DNA of 64,000 bases from Felis catus (Eukaryota). The position numbers and the translations under genes were made by a program. The stretch's first letter is position 1; every line of letters starts with the position of its first letter. The notes under the pieces are model-generated. The model did no database searches, was not told the DNA's origin, and saw only the letters and a program-made list of their open reading frames with translations. Below are positions 11,680 through 24,610 of this stretch, piece after piece. The stretch is from positions 136,898,001 through 136,962,000 of the forward strand of contig NC_058368.1 of assembly GCF_018350175.1 (NCBI RefSeq), read 5' to 3'.

Positions 11680-11902
11680 GGGGATGCCTGGGTGGCTCAG
11701 TGGGTTAAGTGTCCGCCTTAGCTCAGGTTATGATCTCACAGTTGGTGAGTTGGAGCCCTGCATCAGGCTCTGCTGACAACTCAGAGTCTGGAGCCTGCTT
11801 CAGATTCTGTGTCTCCTTTTCTCTCTGCCCCTCCCCTGCTCGTGTGCACGTGCATGCTCGCTCTCTCTCTCTAAAAATAAATAAACATTAAAATTTTTTT
11901 TT
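11680..11902 (+). mobile_element. CAN-SINE
   Basis: SINEC body; TSD aaaaagt(g/a)aggttt on both sides. Confidence 0.93.
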
Positions 11903-11959
11903 AAAAAGTAAGGTTTGCTTTTAGCTGATTGTTATTCAGAGGCAAGAAGTGTGCATAGA

Positions 11960-12340
11960 ATCAGCAATTTTAGAGTAGGAGGAATCTTCTGAATCTCCTA
12001 ATTTAACTCCCTCGTCTTTCAGGTGAAAGAAATGACTTGTCCAAATTGGTATAATTAGTTGCAGGTGGAGCTGAGATGAAACTCCCGATCCCTGGTCTGA
12101 TACCCTTCCCACTAGAGCACATGTCTCTTCAGAGTTCGAATACTAAAGGAGGGCTCCCACGACTCAGTGTGGCGACTCACTGTGTGGCCATGGGCTCACT
12201 GCAGTTTCCTTGTTTGTTAAATGAGCTAATCATACCCACCTCTTAGGCCTGATGTGAGAGTGGAATGAGGTGATCAATGTAAAGCAAGCCGAACAGTGGC
12301 TGGCACTGAGCAAGTGCTGAATGAACATTAAGTATCGTCA
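11960..12340. mobile_element. MIR-family relics
   Basis: aatgacttgtccaaattggt and cagtttccttgtttgttaaatgag...aatgtaaagc...ggcactgagcaagtgct. Confidence 0.55.
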
Positions 12341-13179
12341 TTTCTGTCAGTAGCACTCAGAATGTGGGTACCTAGTTGAAGAATTATATAAACAAATGTG
12401 TTCTTCCTTCTGTAAAGAAAACCCGAAAGAATTTATTTTGCTTATGCTTGGTGAGGCCTTACCCCTTTTAAAGAAAACTCTGGGCCTTCATAGAATCTTA
12501 ATTGTATTTTTTATGCCTCCTGTTTGGATTTCTCTACCTTCAAAGTCTTAGGGAATAATAGGGCATGCTTCCTGTCCCCCAACTTACCTTTTATCTTGTC
12601 TGACTTTCACAAAGAGCATTAAAATGCCTTTTATGCCCTGTGTGAACAGCTAACAACCATTCATTACCAAAAAAAAAAAAAAAAAAAAAGGCAGTAAATA
12701 GCAGCCATGACCTTCCTAAGCTCTGTTGCTCTGAACAGCTGGTGGCTATGGTGGCTCTGCTGACTGCAGAAACTGGGCAATTCGATCTGTTCCCAGAAGT
12801 GATGCTGAGAGGCAGCAGTACAGCATGAACTAATGAGCCTTATGTTTACCCCAAAATAATAGATGATTCTGAAGGCTAAAACCCCATCAAGGAGAAAGTT
12901 TGCTTAGTGGATCATGAGCATTTCATTCTTTAAAGTTTCATAATTTCCTTGAAAAATGATGTTTTCTTGCAATCGATAATTTGCCTAAAGCATGCACTTA
13001 CTCTGTTAATGAGAATATTTGGACAGGACATCTTATTCCCCAACCCTGTTATGTGCCTTTGTAGATTGTTTCATTTATTATAAATGTCTGTTGCTTCAGA
13101 GTCCAGATGTCATCCTGGTGGATACAGCACAGTGTGAGGAGAGGAAAAGATCCCTCCTTCACTAGGTGTTATCAGGATA

Positions 13180-13600
13180 GTGTTCTGGTTATGTCTTGCT
13201 GTGTCTCTAAGCCACTAGAACTTAGTGGCTTGAAACACCAATCATTTTCTCATTATCATTAGAATTGACTGGCTCAGGCAGGCTGCTCTGGGTCTCAGGT
13301 GGTTATCAGTTGTTGGTGGCTGGGATTAGAGTCACCTCAAAGGTTTCTTCACTTAATACTTGTGGCAGGTGACGCTAGGTCCTCAGCTGAGGCTCCCTGA
13401 CAGCATAGTGGCCGAGTACTAGGGAGTGTGCCAAGAGGACCGGGCGGAAGCTGTTGTCACCTTTTACCACCTGGTTTCAGAAGTCCTGTGGCAGCACTTC
13501 CACTCAAATCACAAGCTCATCCACATTCAAGGCGAGGGCACATTCATTCCAGCTTTCAGTGGTGGCAATGTCGAGGGAACACATGTTTTAAACTACCGGA
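13180..13600 (-). mobile_element. MLT1-family MaLR LTR
   Basis: cttagtggcttgaaacacc...ggaagctg...tttcagaagtc...cacattcaagg are typical MLT1 antisense motifs. Confidence 0.65.
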
Positions 13601-14821
13601 GACTTTTTTTCCAGCAAGCTCTTTAAACTTCTTTCCCATTGCTGCTTGTCTAATTAAAGCCGCCATCATTAGTCCTGTGTCTTTCAGCTATCTTCTCTAC
13701 TATAGCCCACGAGGTTTCCAAAACAAATTTGTCCTTTTCTATTTAGAACCTGCTGAGGGCTCTTCACATCCCTCTGGATAAAGCTCTGTCTCTTCAACAT
13801 GGTTTAGAAGGCCGTTCGTAATCTGGCCCCGGTTTGCCTAGCCAGCCCTATCCCTTGCTACTCCACACTCCTTCTTCCCTCCCACTCATTTTTCAGGCCA
13901 TAACTTAGATATTTTTTCACCTGGAAAGGCTTTCTCTGTCCATCCACCTACCTCAAGTTCAGGTTAGGTGAACTGCTTCCGTGCCCCTGTGCCTCACTTA
14001 TCAACACGCATACCATGCTGCTGCCATTGTTCTCCATCCTTCACCACATTTAGGTGTCATGTCTATCTTGTTCTCTGTTGTTTGCCCAGAGCATGGTAGG
14101 GATCATATCAGAGGATGAGGACTCCTCCACTCACAAAACTCATTTGTACTGTGTAATGATGTTGGTTGTCATCATATCCCCCTGTGAACAGCTTTTTCTC
14201 TCCAGTGGCTTCCACTCAGTCCCAGACACTCCACATTTAGGCCTGACCCCAGGCTTTTGCTCAGCCTATTTTGTATCCTTTTTTCCTCCAACCTAAAATG
14301 CCCTCCCACTTTGTCCATCCTTTTCTGCCTATTCAAGATTCACCTCACGTCACCTCTTCCCTAAGATGTTCTCAAGATGGAGAGCCCTTATGGATTCTCC
14401 ATTCACTCATTCACAAAGTCAATATTGAGCAGCTTACACTGGACAAGGCACTATGAAAGGCTCCTCAGATGCCACAGGAAGAACACAGCATCTCCATTTC
14501 CCAAAGCAGAACATTTTTACCCTGCCATGTTGAACTTAAGGACCTTTTGGTCTAGTCATTTGTTCATTGCTCCTACAGACAGTACTCCTTACAGAGTGAT
14601 CAAAATCTTCCCAAAGAATACTCAGTAGTGAAATAGACCAATCCTAAGCAATTCAGGCTGACATTTTTTTGACAGGAATCTAAGAAGTTAATACAAAATT
14701 GAACCAATTCCTAATGATTATTACTGAGAAATTATAATGGGGAGGTAAAGATTTATCTGCTATAATTTAGGTAGGCAGAATTGGAGGTTTCTCTATTTCT
14801 TTGCAAGCAAACAAATTTCTT

Positions 14822-15018
14822 TTCTTTTTTTTTTTTTTTTTTTTTAACGTTTATTTGTTTCTGAGAGAGAGGCAGAGTGTGAGCAGGGGAGGTGCAGAGA
14901 GAGAGAGGGAGACACAGAATCCGAAGCAGGCCCCAGGCTCTGAGCTGTCAGCACAGAGCCCAATGCAGGGCTCAGACTCAACAGACCACGAGATCAGACT
15001 GAGCCACCCAGGCGCCCC
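14822..15018 (-). mobile_element. CAN-SINE with a ~30-nt internal deletion in the tRNA-related region
   Basis: 18-bp TSD caagcaaacaaatttctt at 14804-14821 and 15020-15037; gagatca joins directly to gactgagcc. Confidence 0.95.
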
Positions 15019-15208
15019 ACAAGCAAACAAATTTCTTACGCACTCTGTACTCTCTGTTTAGAACCCCAGAGTAATTGATGGAAGACTTGATCTTGCTTAA
15101 AGGATATTTTGAGCTTTGATTTTTTTTTTCCTTTAGGTAAATGTTTGATCTTTCTGCATAGCTTCCTTTCACTCCTTTTCATAGACAAAATGACAGCTGG
15201 GTATAAGG

Positions 15209-15393
15209 CAGTGGTTCTCAGACTTTAGCAAGCATCAGAGATACCTGGAGAGTTTATTCAAACCCAGAATCCTGGGACCCATCTCCAGAGTTTTTGATTC
15301 TACAGATCTGGAGCAGAGTCCAAGAATGTGTATTTCTAATAAATTTCTAATAAATTCTCTGTTGCTAGTCTGGGGACTGTAGTTTAAACCACT
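15209..15393. mobile_element. MER5A (hAT-Charlie)
   Basis: cagtggttctca ... aaaccact termini and the typical internal gcatcagagatacctggag. Confidence 0.8.
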
Positions 15394-16018
15394 ATTTTTT
15401 TTAGGAAGCTTATGTTTTCTTATGTGCAGGGGAGACTTGGTCTTCAGTTACCATCTCCGTTCTTCTGGTCTCTGCTGTGACCAGGAGGGAAGAGCAGGCA
15501 ATGGGGTCTTGTCCCTGGACTCCTGAGCAAGTATCTGCTGAGGTGTGTATTGACTGCCATGTGCCTCCTGAGGACCCTCAGTCTAATGTTGACCCACCTC
15601 CACCTCACAGCCTCTCCACTGGAGTCAATGAATCAGGAATCCCAGGTCATTATGATTTAAGATCAATGAAAAATGTATTTAGTTTTTTCAAATTATACAT
15701 ACACGCACAAATAGATACGTATACACCTATGTAGAAATATCCATGTCAACTAAGGCAGCATATGGCAGAATAGCACAGAGCTTGACAACAGAAACCCAAG
15801 ATTTAAATGTACTTAATAACATTTCTATCTACAAATTTGACATACATTATGCATTTAAAAATGTGCGGTGAGCCAAATCATTGTGAATTAACCCCCCCAG
15901 TGGAAATATTTCAGAAAAGTAAAAGAGAGTTTTTAAAAGGAAATGGTTTGTACTGCATAAACAATGAATCAAGGAATTAAGTTGGCTTGAACAGCATTAC
16001 CTCAAAAATATCTTGAGT

Positions 16019-16230
16019 GGGGCACGTGGGGTGACTCAGTTGGTTGACCTTCCGACTTCGGCTCAGGTCATGATCTCACACATTTCGTGGGTTCGGGCCT
16101 GCATCCGGCGTTGGGCTGACTGCTCCGGGCCTGCTTCAGAGTCTGTCTCCTTTCTGGCTGTCTCTCCTTCCCCCACTTGCACGCGCTCTGTTTCTTTCAA
16201 AAATAAATGAACACTAAAAAAAAGCCGCTT
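16019..16230 (+). mobile_element. CAN-SINE (diverged)
   Basis: TSD aaatatcttgag at 16006-16017 and 16231-16242. Confidence 0.9.
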
Positions 16231-18269
16231 AAATATCTTGAGCAAAACTTGGTGTAATTCTGATTGAAATTTTTGTTGTTGTTGTTAATGTGTCAAAACG
16301 AGGGGATTAAAAAATGCCCTCTGTTTTCATGAACTTGGCATTCTCCAAGAGGAACAGACATTAAGTGAGTAACCCTGTAGGTGACCACATTTTTACAGTT
16401 GGGGTAAGGCCAGGGTGATATTTACATCACTCTGTGGAATAGATAATAAGTGGCATGCGTTGTGAAAATACGTGCACATACACAGAGAGGACCTTTTCTG
16501 GTCTTTCATAGCACCAATTGTGTTGTTCATTTTGACATGTAAAGTACATTACCTTGTGCTGTTAATTTTTCCAAGTACAGTACATCTAGTGTCTCCTGAA
16601 GGACAAACTATCCTACCTGTGTTTTATGCCCCCAAAGTGCCTGTGTAACATATTCCTATACTATGATACTATAATGTGGCCTTGATATTTTTTGAAAGGG
16701 TGAATTAATTGGCATGTTTTAGTTAATATGTATGGCCTCCCATGCTATGCTTTGAGTATTTCACAACTTTCTCATAAACTGGTTGCTCTTTCTTAGTTTT
16801 ACGTAAGACAGTTGAGACCTACAGAAGTAGAATGCCCAAGAAGGGGGTGTAGATGACTAGTGTGCATTAACACACTGACCAGAGCCCTTTATCTTCCATT
16901 CACTGCATGGGGTTTTCCCTCCAGTATTTCCAAGCTCTCAGCTAATCTGAGTCAGAAGTGATTTGGGGAGAAAAGGGAATAGGGGGAGGGTACAAGAGTT
17001 TTACTCGAGTTTTCCCAGCTGCTAACGGAAGAGTTCAGAACCTTGCTGAACTGCACATTCTACCCACTTACGTACCTTATTGAGTTGATCTTCTGGGACT
17101 GTGACCTCCACGAGCCTCAGGGGCATATTTACCACAGTGATTAAAGGTGGGGTCTGGAAAAGAAGGCCCAGCAGAAAGAAAAGAACCCCACGTTTGGCTG
17201 CTAATCAGTGCCCTACAGCTGAAATACTCCAAAGCCGGGTGTCTGGGATAGAAGACCTCATTTAATTAGGCTCTGAGAGGAAAATGCACCAGCAGCCCCT
17301 GAGCTCACCTGGAAGACATCGAGGAATCGTGGTCTGTCACCTGCAGGCCTGCCTGGGAAATGCATCGCCTGATTAGTGATGTTCACATCCTTCATCTTTG
17401 CTGATTCCTTTTTCCTATCCCAAGTCAGGCCAACCTCCTCACCCAGAAGAGCCCAGCAGCACCACGTCACACATTCCACAGATCTCCCTTGTTGCCGGTC
17501 AGCAAGATCATCCCGTCGAATTACAAGTGACATCACAAAGGAAGACAGAACCTCCACAAAGTGACTGCCCTACAACTTGAATTGATTTTAAATCCACGAA
17601 TCCAAGGCACATGCCTGGCAGCTCAGCAGCAGAGCCTCCTGATGTACCCCATTACACTCCGGGGGGGCACATTATGTAACCATTAAGGTTCAAGGGGATT
17701 AAGGAGGCCTTCCTTCACTTTCATGGCTGGGAATTACTGAATTAGTATCAGTTGAAAGAGTATGTTCTGATTGTAGCCAGTGCCATGATGGCTACGTGCC
17801 CATCCAAAGATAATTCAACAGGAATGCTGCTCACTGAGAAGCCAGGAGAGATCAAGCAACTCCACATGAGGCTTTGGGGCCATCGGGCTTATCATCCTGT
17901 TTAAAACTATGGAGAGCAGAGGAAATGTCATTTCCAATTTAGATTAGCAGAGCCATTTCTTTGACACATCGGTGCTGAAGTAACAGGGAATTTCACAACA
18001 ACATGCTTCGTATGCTAGGGTTTATAACATTTAAAAAACCTGCTAACACATAATAAGAGTTAATGATTGTGAGGCTGTCTCTGTACCAAGCACGTGGTAG
18101 ACAGTAACTCATTTAATGCTCAGGAAAACCCCATTTCACCGGTGACGAAACAAGCTGAGAGAAGTTAAGTTCTTGACCATAGATGTAATACCAGGGAGTG
18201 GGCAAGCACAGGTGGTCTGATGCCAGAGCTCATGTTTTTAATTCTGTCTCTGTATTGTGTGTCCAAATG

Positions 18270-18430
18270 GTGGCTGTGTGTATATGTGTGCATGCACATG
18301 CTCGTATGTGCACTTTTCAGCAGTACCTCGAAGGGGCCACTGAGTGAAAAAGGTTAAAATATACATGCATACACACATACATACATATATATGCATGTGC
18401 TATATACACATAGACACACATACATACTTA
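18270..18430. repeat. Degenerate (TG)/(CA)/(TA) low-complexity tract
   Basis: Visible alternating purine-pyrimidine repeats. Confidence 0.7.
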
Positions 18431-18941
18431 ATGTTTGTGTAAGGTGTAATCCCTCCCCAGCTTCATGCTTTGCTCTTATCACTCATATACAGCTGAACAA
18501 CTTAAGTAGACAGCAGAGGGCGCCCAGAGTCACTGTTTTTAAAAGGTGTTCGTTTTTGAAGGCATCTTTCATTTCTGGAATTCAGGGAGAACAGAGGTCC
18601 ACGTTGCAGGCTAGAAGGCAAAGGTAGCTGTAGATAGACTTCAGGGAGGAAACAGAATATTCCCTTCACTCATATTGAGAGTTCTCGTGTTGAAAGGGTG
18701 TTTTTAGAAGAGAGAAAACAGGATGATCCTCTGTAGATAGCATTCTGATGCAAGTGTATGTGGGCATATGCTAGATGTTTCATGAAAAAACATCTTCAGC
18801 TCCTTATGAAAGAAAAAGAATGAGCCTTTGTCTCACTTGGGAAGGGGTTTCCTCCTAAATTAAGAGGAAAAAATACAGAATGAATGGTTTGCTATTATTT
18901 ACTAAAATCATGTTGGTATGGGAAAGAAGTAAAAAGGAATT

Positions 18942-19150
18942 AGGGGTGGCTCAGTCGGTTAAGCGTCTGACTTTGGCTCAGGTCATGATCTCACAGTTTG
19001 TGGGTTCGAACCCCATGTTGGGCTCTGTGCTGACAGCTCAGAGCCTAGAGCCTGCTTCACATTCTGGGTCCCCTTCTCTCTGCCCCTCCCCAACTTGTGC
19101 TCTGTGTCTCTATGTCTCTCAAAAAATAAATGTTAAAAAAAAAATAACCA
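18942..19150 (+). mobile_element. CAN-SINE, slightly 5'-truncated
   Basis: Flanked by aaggaattagg on both sides. Confidence 0.92.
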
Positions 19151-22100
19151 AACAAGGAATTAGGCTCTTAATTATTTGTTCTGTCTTTTCTCCCTACCCA
19201 AATCCATCAAACAGCAACCTGTCTCTTCCTGCCATCATCACTGAGTTACTTGGAGCTTTCTCTTTTAAAGTAAGGGGGATCTCAGTATTCTGGTGTATTC
19301 ATCCCTGTCCATTTCTAAGAGTAGGTTGAAGATCAACTTTTCATTATCACACATCTTTAATATACTTTGGGATTTCGCAGAGTACTAATTATTACCATGA
19401 GCTGGGGTTGGGATTCTGGTGAAAGATGTCCTGACAAACACCCGAGACCCAGGAAGAGGGGAGCGGTGGGTGCTCTTGCTGAAGATGACTTTTGCTCATA
19501 AGTCTTCAGTAGATTACTTCGGGGAACGATCAAAAGTACCTGGAAGAGATTCTGTGCAACTGGTGAGATTAAAGAGAGAAAGTGTTAAGTAGTCTAAATG
19601 TGGCCTACTGAGTTGGTATGGCTTGGGTGTAACAGTTCAGGGATACAGGTACCGAAAAGAGGACCCAGGGGAAAATCCTATAGTACATGCTATTCCGCAC
19701 ATATTGTCTTTGATTTTTCTCACTTATGAAATGAAAAACTCACCGTCCACCTGGTTGATGGGCATTTGGTCACACTCCTCTAGGAGTCTGGAGTGCAGTG
19801 GCCAAAACTAAATCTGTCTTTACATGCTGTGTTAGCAGGCTTTTATCCCATTAGATGTTGGATGTAGAGAGAGGGCCATATGAAGGTAACTTTCTACTAC
19901 ACTGCACAGAGCGGAGGTGATCTCACTATGACATAATGCGTATATTGCAAGTAAAGAATCAGTGTCATGAAGCTCAGTCAGGATCTGTTTTGACAAGGTC
20001 GAGAGCTAAGCAATTAACCAGTGAACCAACTTGTATGAATGGAAACTCTGGACGTCTGTACCCCTGGGCTCCCACAACCTTTGTTATCCCCTTAGAGTCA
20101 AAATCCAAATCTCAGTGGGCCATGGTTCTGGAACAAAAGTGTAAATCTATTATTCATGTGGATCGTTCAGGTTCATTTTTAAAATCTTTTCCTCCTCCAT
20201 ACCATCTCAATTCCGCATTTCACTTTGCATTTGTAGACATGGCTTATAAGTTATTGATTATTTCACTCTGTTGGAATCTCCTCAGGTGCAAAACATCTGG
20301 ATACATAGGGGGAAACAAAGATAACCAGCACACCATTGGTACTAGCAGATCTCCTGACTTCATTTTGCAGATTCTGAGACAAATAGTTGATGGGAGTCCC
20401 ATGTCGTTGAGTTAAAGTTTTGGCAGGTAAACCGGGCTGGAGTAGGTTGGATGTGATTGTGCCTTCTGCTCACATTTCAATGGGCTAATGTCTTAAAATT
20501 TTTTTCCTCCTGAATTCTACTTCCTCTTTCTTCTTTCTCTGTTCTTCTATTTTGTGTCTTCCCCATCATTTTATTAATGCGTTCTCCTTTGGAAAAAAAA
20601 AAGTTTTTTAGATCCCTTTTTCTGGGGCTCTTCGGTGACGGAATTTAGCTTCCTCTGCCCTCACTGTTTCACTCACTGACTCAGAGTGGAGGCTGCTTTA
20701 CTGGAACTTAAGAGAAACCTCAGTTTGTTTTCAGTCCTGTTTTCTCCCTAGCATAAAGCTCTAATTTTAAGGGAAGAAGTCTGAATAGGCCATATTGATA
20801 GAAGCAAGCCACAAGCCTAAACCCCATCTTCTTCACCAGCGCCTCTGGGGCTATATTCTGTAGAAAGGCAACAAAACCATTTAGAGCTGCCCATTTGCTC
20901 CCCAAATATAACTCTCATACCCAGGGTCTTATGTAGCCTTCCACATGAGTTAAGTCCCTCAAAGTAGGGCTTGGGCAAGATTAACCTGCTAAAACTGTCT
21001 TTTACTGCAACCTAGGGTACATTTCCACTTTCCCAGTTCGTTCAACAGAGAATATTTAGCAAGTGTCCATTTTGCCCGGAAAACAGAGAGGACAGATTAG
21101 AAATAACAATGTGTGTGCCAGTTCAACATCTCCAGACCTACTATTAAGATACCTACTAACAACTCTGAAGTTCAGATCCAAGTTTAAAGTCCAATTTTGG
21201 GACTACATTTCCCATCCTCTGTTATAGCTTGGAAGATGCTTATTAGCACAAAATTAATATTATTTCATCACTTCCATCTTTATTGTTTTAAGCCAAGATC
21301 AAATTGCATTTGGCCGTGGCAACTAGGAGAGGAATATTTATTTTGGAGTTGATCCCCATTTGCTCATTCTTAGGCATTGATAAATGAATAGAAGATGCTT
21401 AATCAGACCTGTGGGTAAAAAGTCAAAGACTGTATGCATGTGAGATTAGGGAAAATTGTACACCTAATGAAGACAACAATGGGAAAAGAATGAACCACGA
21501 TGCTCATTATGACTCAGTTGACAACACTTTTAGGTAAAGTCCACACTGTTTGGAAAGCACATTTTCATCCGTGGTGTCAAAACCTCCAAAAGCACATAGA
21601 AAAGTAAAAGATGCTGGCCCATGATGAGTTTGTCTAGGGTTATTTTGGAAGCCCCTGTAGTATTTAATGATAATGAAAACGTATTTTGTTTCTCCATCTT
21701 GTCTCTCAGACTCTCTGTCCAAAACAGTATGTCAAAAGGAAGGAAAAGCAACTAACAAATAGCCCATGACTGGATTTGTTCCAGTCAGATCCAATAAAAC
21801 AGCCACATCAAGTTGCTAAAGAAATTTACCCACTGACAATGACCACAGCACAGCAGCATTTGTATCATATTCCCCATAGGTACTAAGCTGTTGTGGCTCA
21901 GGTTTTGAGAAATTTAACCTGCATGCAAATGTGTGACAGGGCTTTCCTGGCAACCTGTAGTTCAACAAAGAACAGGAAGTGAAACCATCATTGTCACCAC
22001 AAGGTTTCTTTTACACAAGTTTCCATAACTTAGAGAGGTACCTTGCTGCTTACTCTCTGTCCTATTTTATCTATACTGCTCGACATTATCTCAAAATGAA

Positions 22101-22539
22101 GAAAAGGAAGTACTTGTCTGAGAGGTGAAAGGTCTCACGAATTGGATGTGACCCCTGGGGAAAAGGAACGGGCACCTCTAAGATTCAGCACCCTCCTGTT
22201 TGCCTCAAAACACTGAGATGGGGCCCCAGAAATCATTGCTTTAATTTGCGTACGTAAGATGTCAAAGTTCTAGAAAGTCTCAAGAATACTATTTGATACC
22301 ATTTGATTTGGGGTTTCTTAGGCAACTTCAGCAGCACATAAGACTAAGGACCATGATGCACAGCTGTCTGAATTGTATCCCAACAATCCCAAGGACGCTT
22401 GTCAGAGGGACTAAGTGGAGACTAAAATCCAAGGCTGGATTTTCCTTTTCCTAATTGACCCAAATCCACGGAATGGACAAGTAGAGGATGTCAAAAGTCA
22501 CCCTGACCCCTTCTTATTGGTTATTACCTCTCTCACAAC

Positions 22540-23270
22540 CTCCACAGGCTTCTCATCACACTGAGAATCAACTCCAGGGCCACATGGTAACCCAGTCTGG
22601 TCCCTTTGACCTCTGCGACCTCAACTCTTACCTTCCTTGCTTGTATCTTTCCTGTTGCAACGGGCCTTCTTACTGTCCCACAAGACCCCCAGCACATTCC
22701 TGCTTCAGGGCCTTTGCACTGGCTCTTCCTCTGGCCTGCTTCCTCACTTCATTCAGATGTCTGTCAAATGTCATCTCCTCAGAGAGGCCTTCCCTGACCA
22801 ACTGCTTTAAATTCCACCTTCTCTTCTTGCTATTCCTTATTCTACTTTTTTTTTACTACTTGAATTTTATATTTAGTTATTTATTATTTGATTTCTTTCT
22901 AAAACTGAAAAACTACAGTATGAGGGCTAAATCATAACAGTCCTCTTTATTTACAAAAATGCTGCCTATTTTTGTAAATAAAGTTTTATTAATATACAGC
23001 CGCTCTTGTTCATTTACATGTTGTGTTTAGTTGTTTTATTTAGAGTTAAGTAGTTGCAATAGAGACTGCATAGTCCATGAAGCCAAAAATATTTATTATC
23101 TGGCTCTTTACAGAAAAAGCTTGCCAACCACTGCTCTAGAATGTAAGCCCTATGAGGACAGGGGATTTAATGCCTTTTGCTAACTCCTATATCTCCAACA
23201 CTCATATTACGTGGCACTTAGTATTTGATAAATATTTATTAAATGGTTGAGCATCTGGATGAATGAGTAT
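22540..23270 (+). mobile_element. L2 3' end interrupted by MER58A
   Basis: cagggcctttgcactggct...tcagagaggccttccctgacc, then tagaatgtaagccctatgaggacaggg...aaatatttattaaatg. Confidence 0.75.
22905..23133. mobile_element. MER58A (hAT-Charlie)
   Basis: tttttgtaaataaagttttatt...ctctttacagaaaaagcttgccaaccactg; flanks ttctaaaa / ctctagaa resemble the Charlie target NTCTAGAN. Confidence 0.8.
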
Positions 23271-23815
23271 CCAAATATATCTAAAAAATTATTTTCTTGA
23301 TTCAGTAATTACTGAGCACCAACTTGTGCCAGGCATTGGACTCTTTGCAGAAGATAGCACAATGATAAGAAACCAATAAATTAAATTGTGCTATGAAGAA
23401 TGTCATGTTCTTCATGACAGTTGTTTTAGGAGCCATAAAGAAAGATACCTGACCAAGGCATCAAAAGATTGTGATCCCTAGGGATGAGTTCTCCAAGCTA
23501 AGAGAATTGTGAAGGCATTTCAGGCAGAGGATAGGACATGTATTGGTACGGAGATAGGCAGCCACAGTTGTCTAGGGGATCCACAATTTGTGTGGTAAAT
23601 GAGAGTTGTTTGAAGGAGGTTTGAACAATTTCTTTATAGGTTTGAATAATCACTGTCTTCGTCTTTCTGACTCTTGTTTCCTTGGTTGCTATTTAAAAAT
23701 TGGAGAAAAGTAATTACTGCCTTCAAAAAGCCTACTATTCTCCTGTTGATGTTTTTGGCCCAACTCAAAACACATTAAATGTATTTTTTAAAGAGATGTC
23801 TGGGATACATTATAC

Positions 23816-24020
23816 CAAGATTTCTCAACCTTGGCACTAATGACATTTGGACCAATACTTTTTGTTTTGGAGGTATCCTGTACATTGTAGGATGTTTAAT
23901 AGCATCCCTGGCCCCTACACCCTAGATGCCAGTAGCACTCCTGCAGTGTGACAATCAAACTGTCTGCAGATATCACTAAATGTCCCATGGGGGGCAATAT
24001 CCCTCTTTTGGTTACCACTG
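23816..24020. mobile_element. MER20 DNA transposon
   Basis: tttctcaaccttggcactaatgacatttgg...cattgtaggatgtttaatagcatccctggcc...agatgccagtagcac. Confidence 0.88.
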
Positions 24021-24249
24021 CATTAGATGGTGCCAGTAACCCACACTGGGAAACCTGGGTCTCTGGAATAAAAACTGCCTATTCTTTTTTATCTCCAGAT
24101 GATCATCCAACATGAGTATGACAAGTAGCTATAGAATTCAAGAAGTAAATATTAATTACTTCTTTACTTCGTTACCCAAGTGCCACTTCTTCTAGGGGCT
24201 CCTGGGGCCTGCGCCATACTGAAATGTGACAAATTAACTGTGCCTTAGG

Positions 24250-24610
24250 ACAATAGAACCCTACTCAGCAATCAGCAATAAGAAGGAATATGCTTCTGAT
24301 AAGTGCAGCAATGTGGATGAGCCTCAAAGACATGATGCTGAGGGAAAGAAGACAGTCTCAAAAGGTTACATACTGCCTGACTTAATTTGTGTGTATTTCT
24401 GGAAAAGGCAAAACTATAGTGAGCACAAATTAGTGGTTACAAGGGCTTAGAGTAGGGAGACTGTGTGACCACAAGGGGAGAGCATGAGAGCTTTGAGGGT
24501 GACAGAACTTATGTATCCTGATTGTGGTGGTTGTTACATGAATCCATACAGGCATTAAAACTCATAAAACTGCACATCAAAGAATTTAATTTAACTGTAT
24601 GTTAAAAAAA
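24250..24610 (+). mobile_element. Old L1M (L1MC/MD-like) 3' end
   Basis: tggatgagcctcaaagacatgatgctgag...ggaaaaggcaaaactatag...tgattgtggtggttgttacatg. Confidence 0.8.

Noticed and set aside
17200..17960. GC-richer block with overlapping 60-99 aa ORFs, possible processed pseudogene or exon
   Set aside because: No recognisable protein, poly(A) tail, TSD or convincing splice pair; a BLASTX search would be needed.
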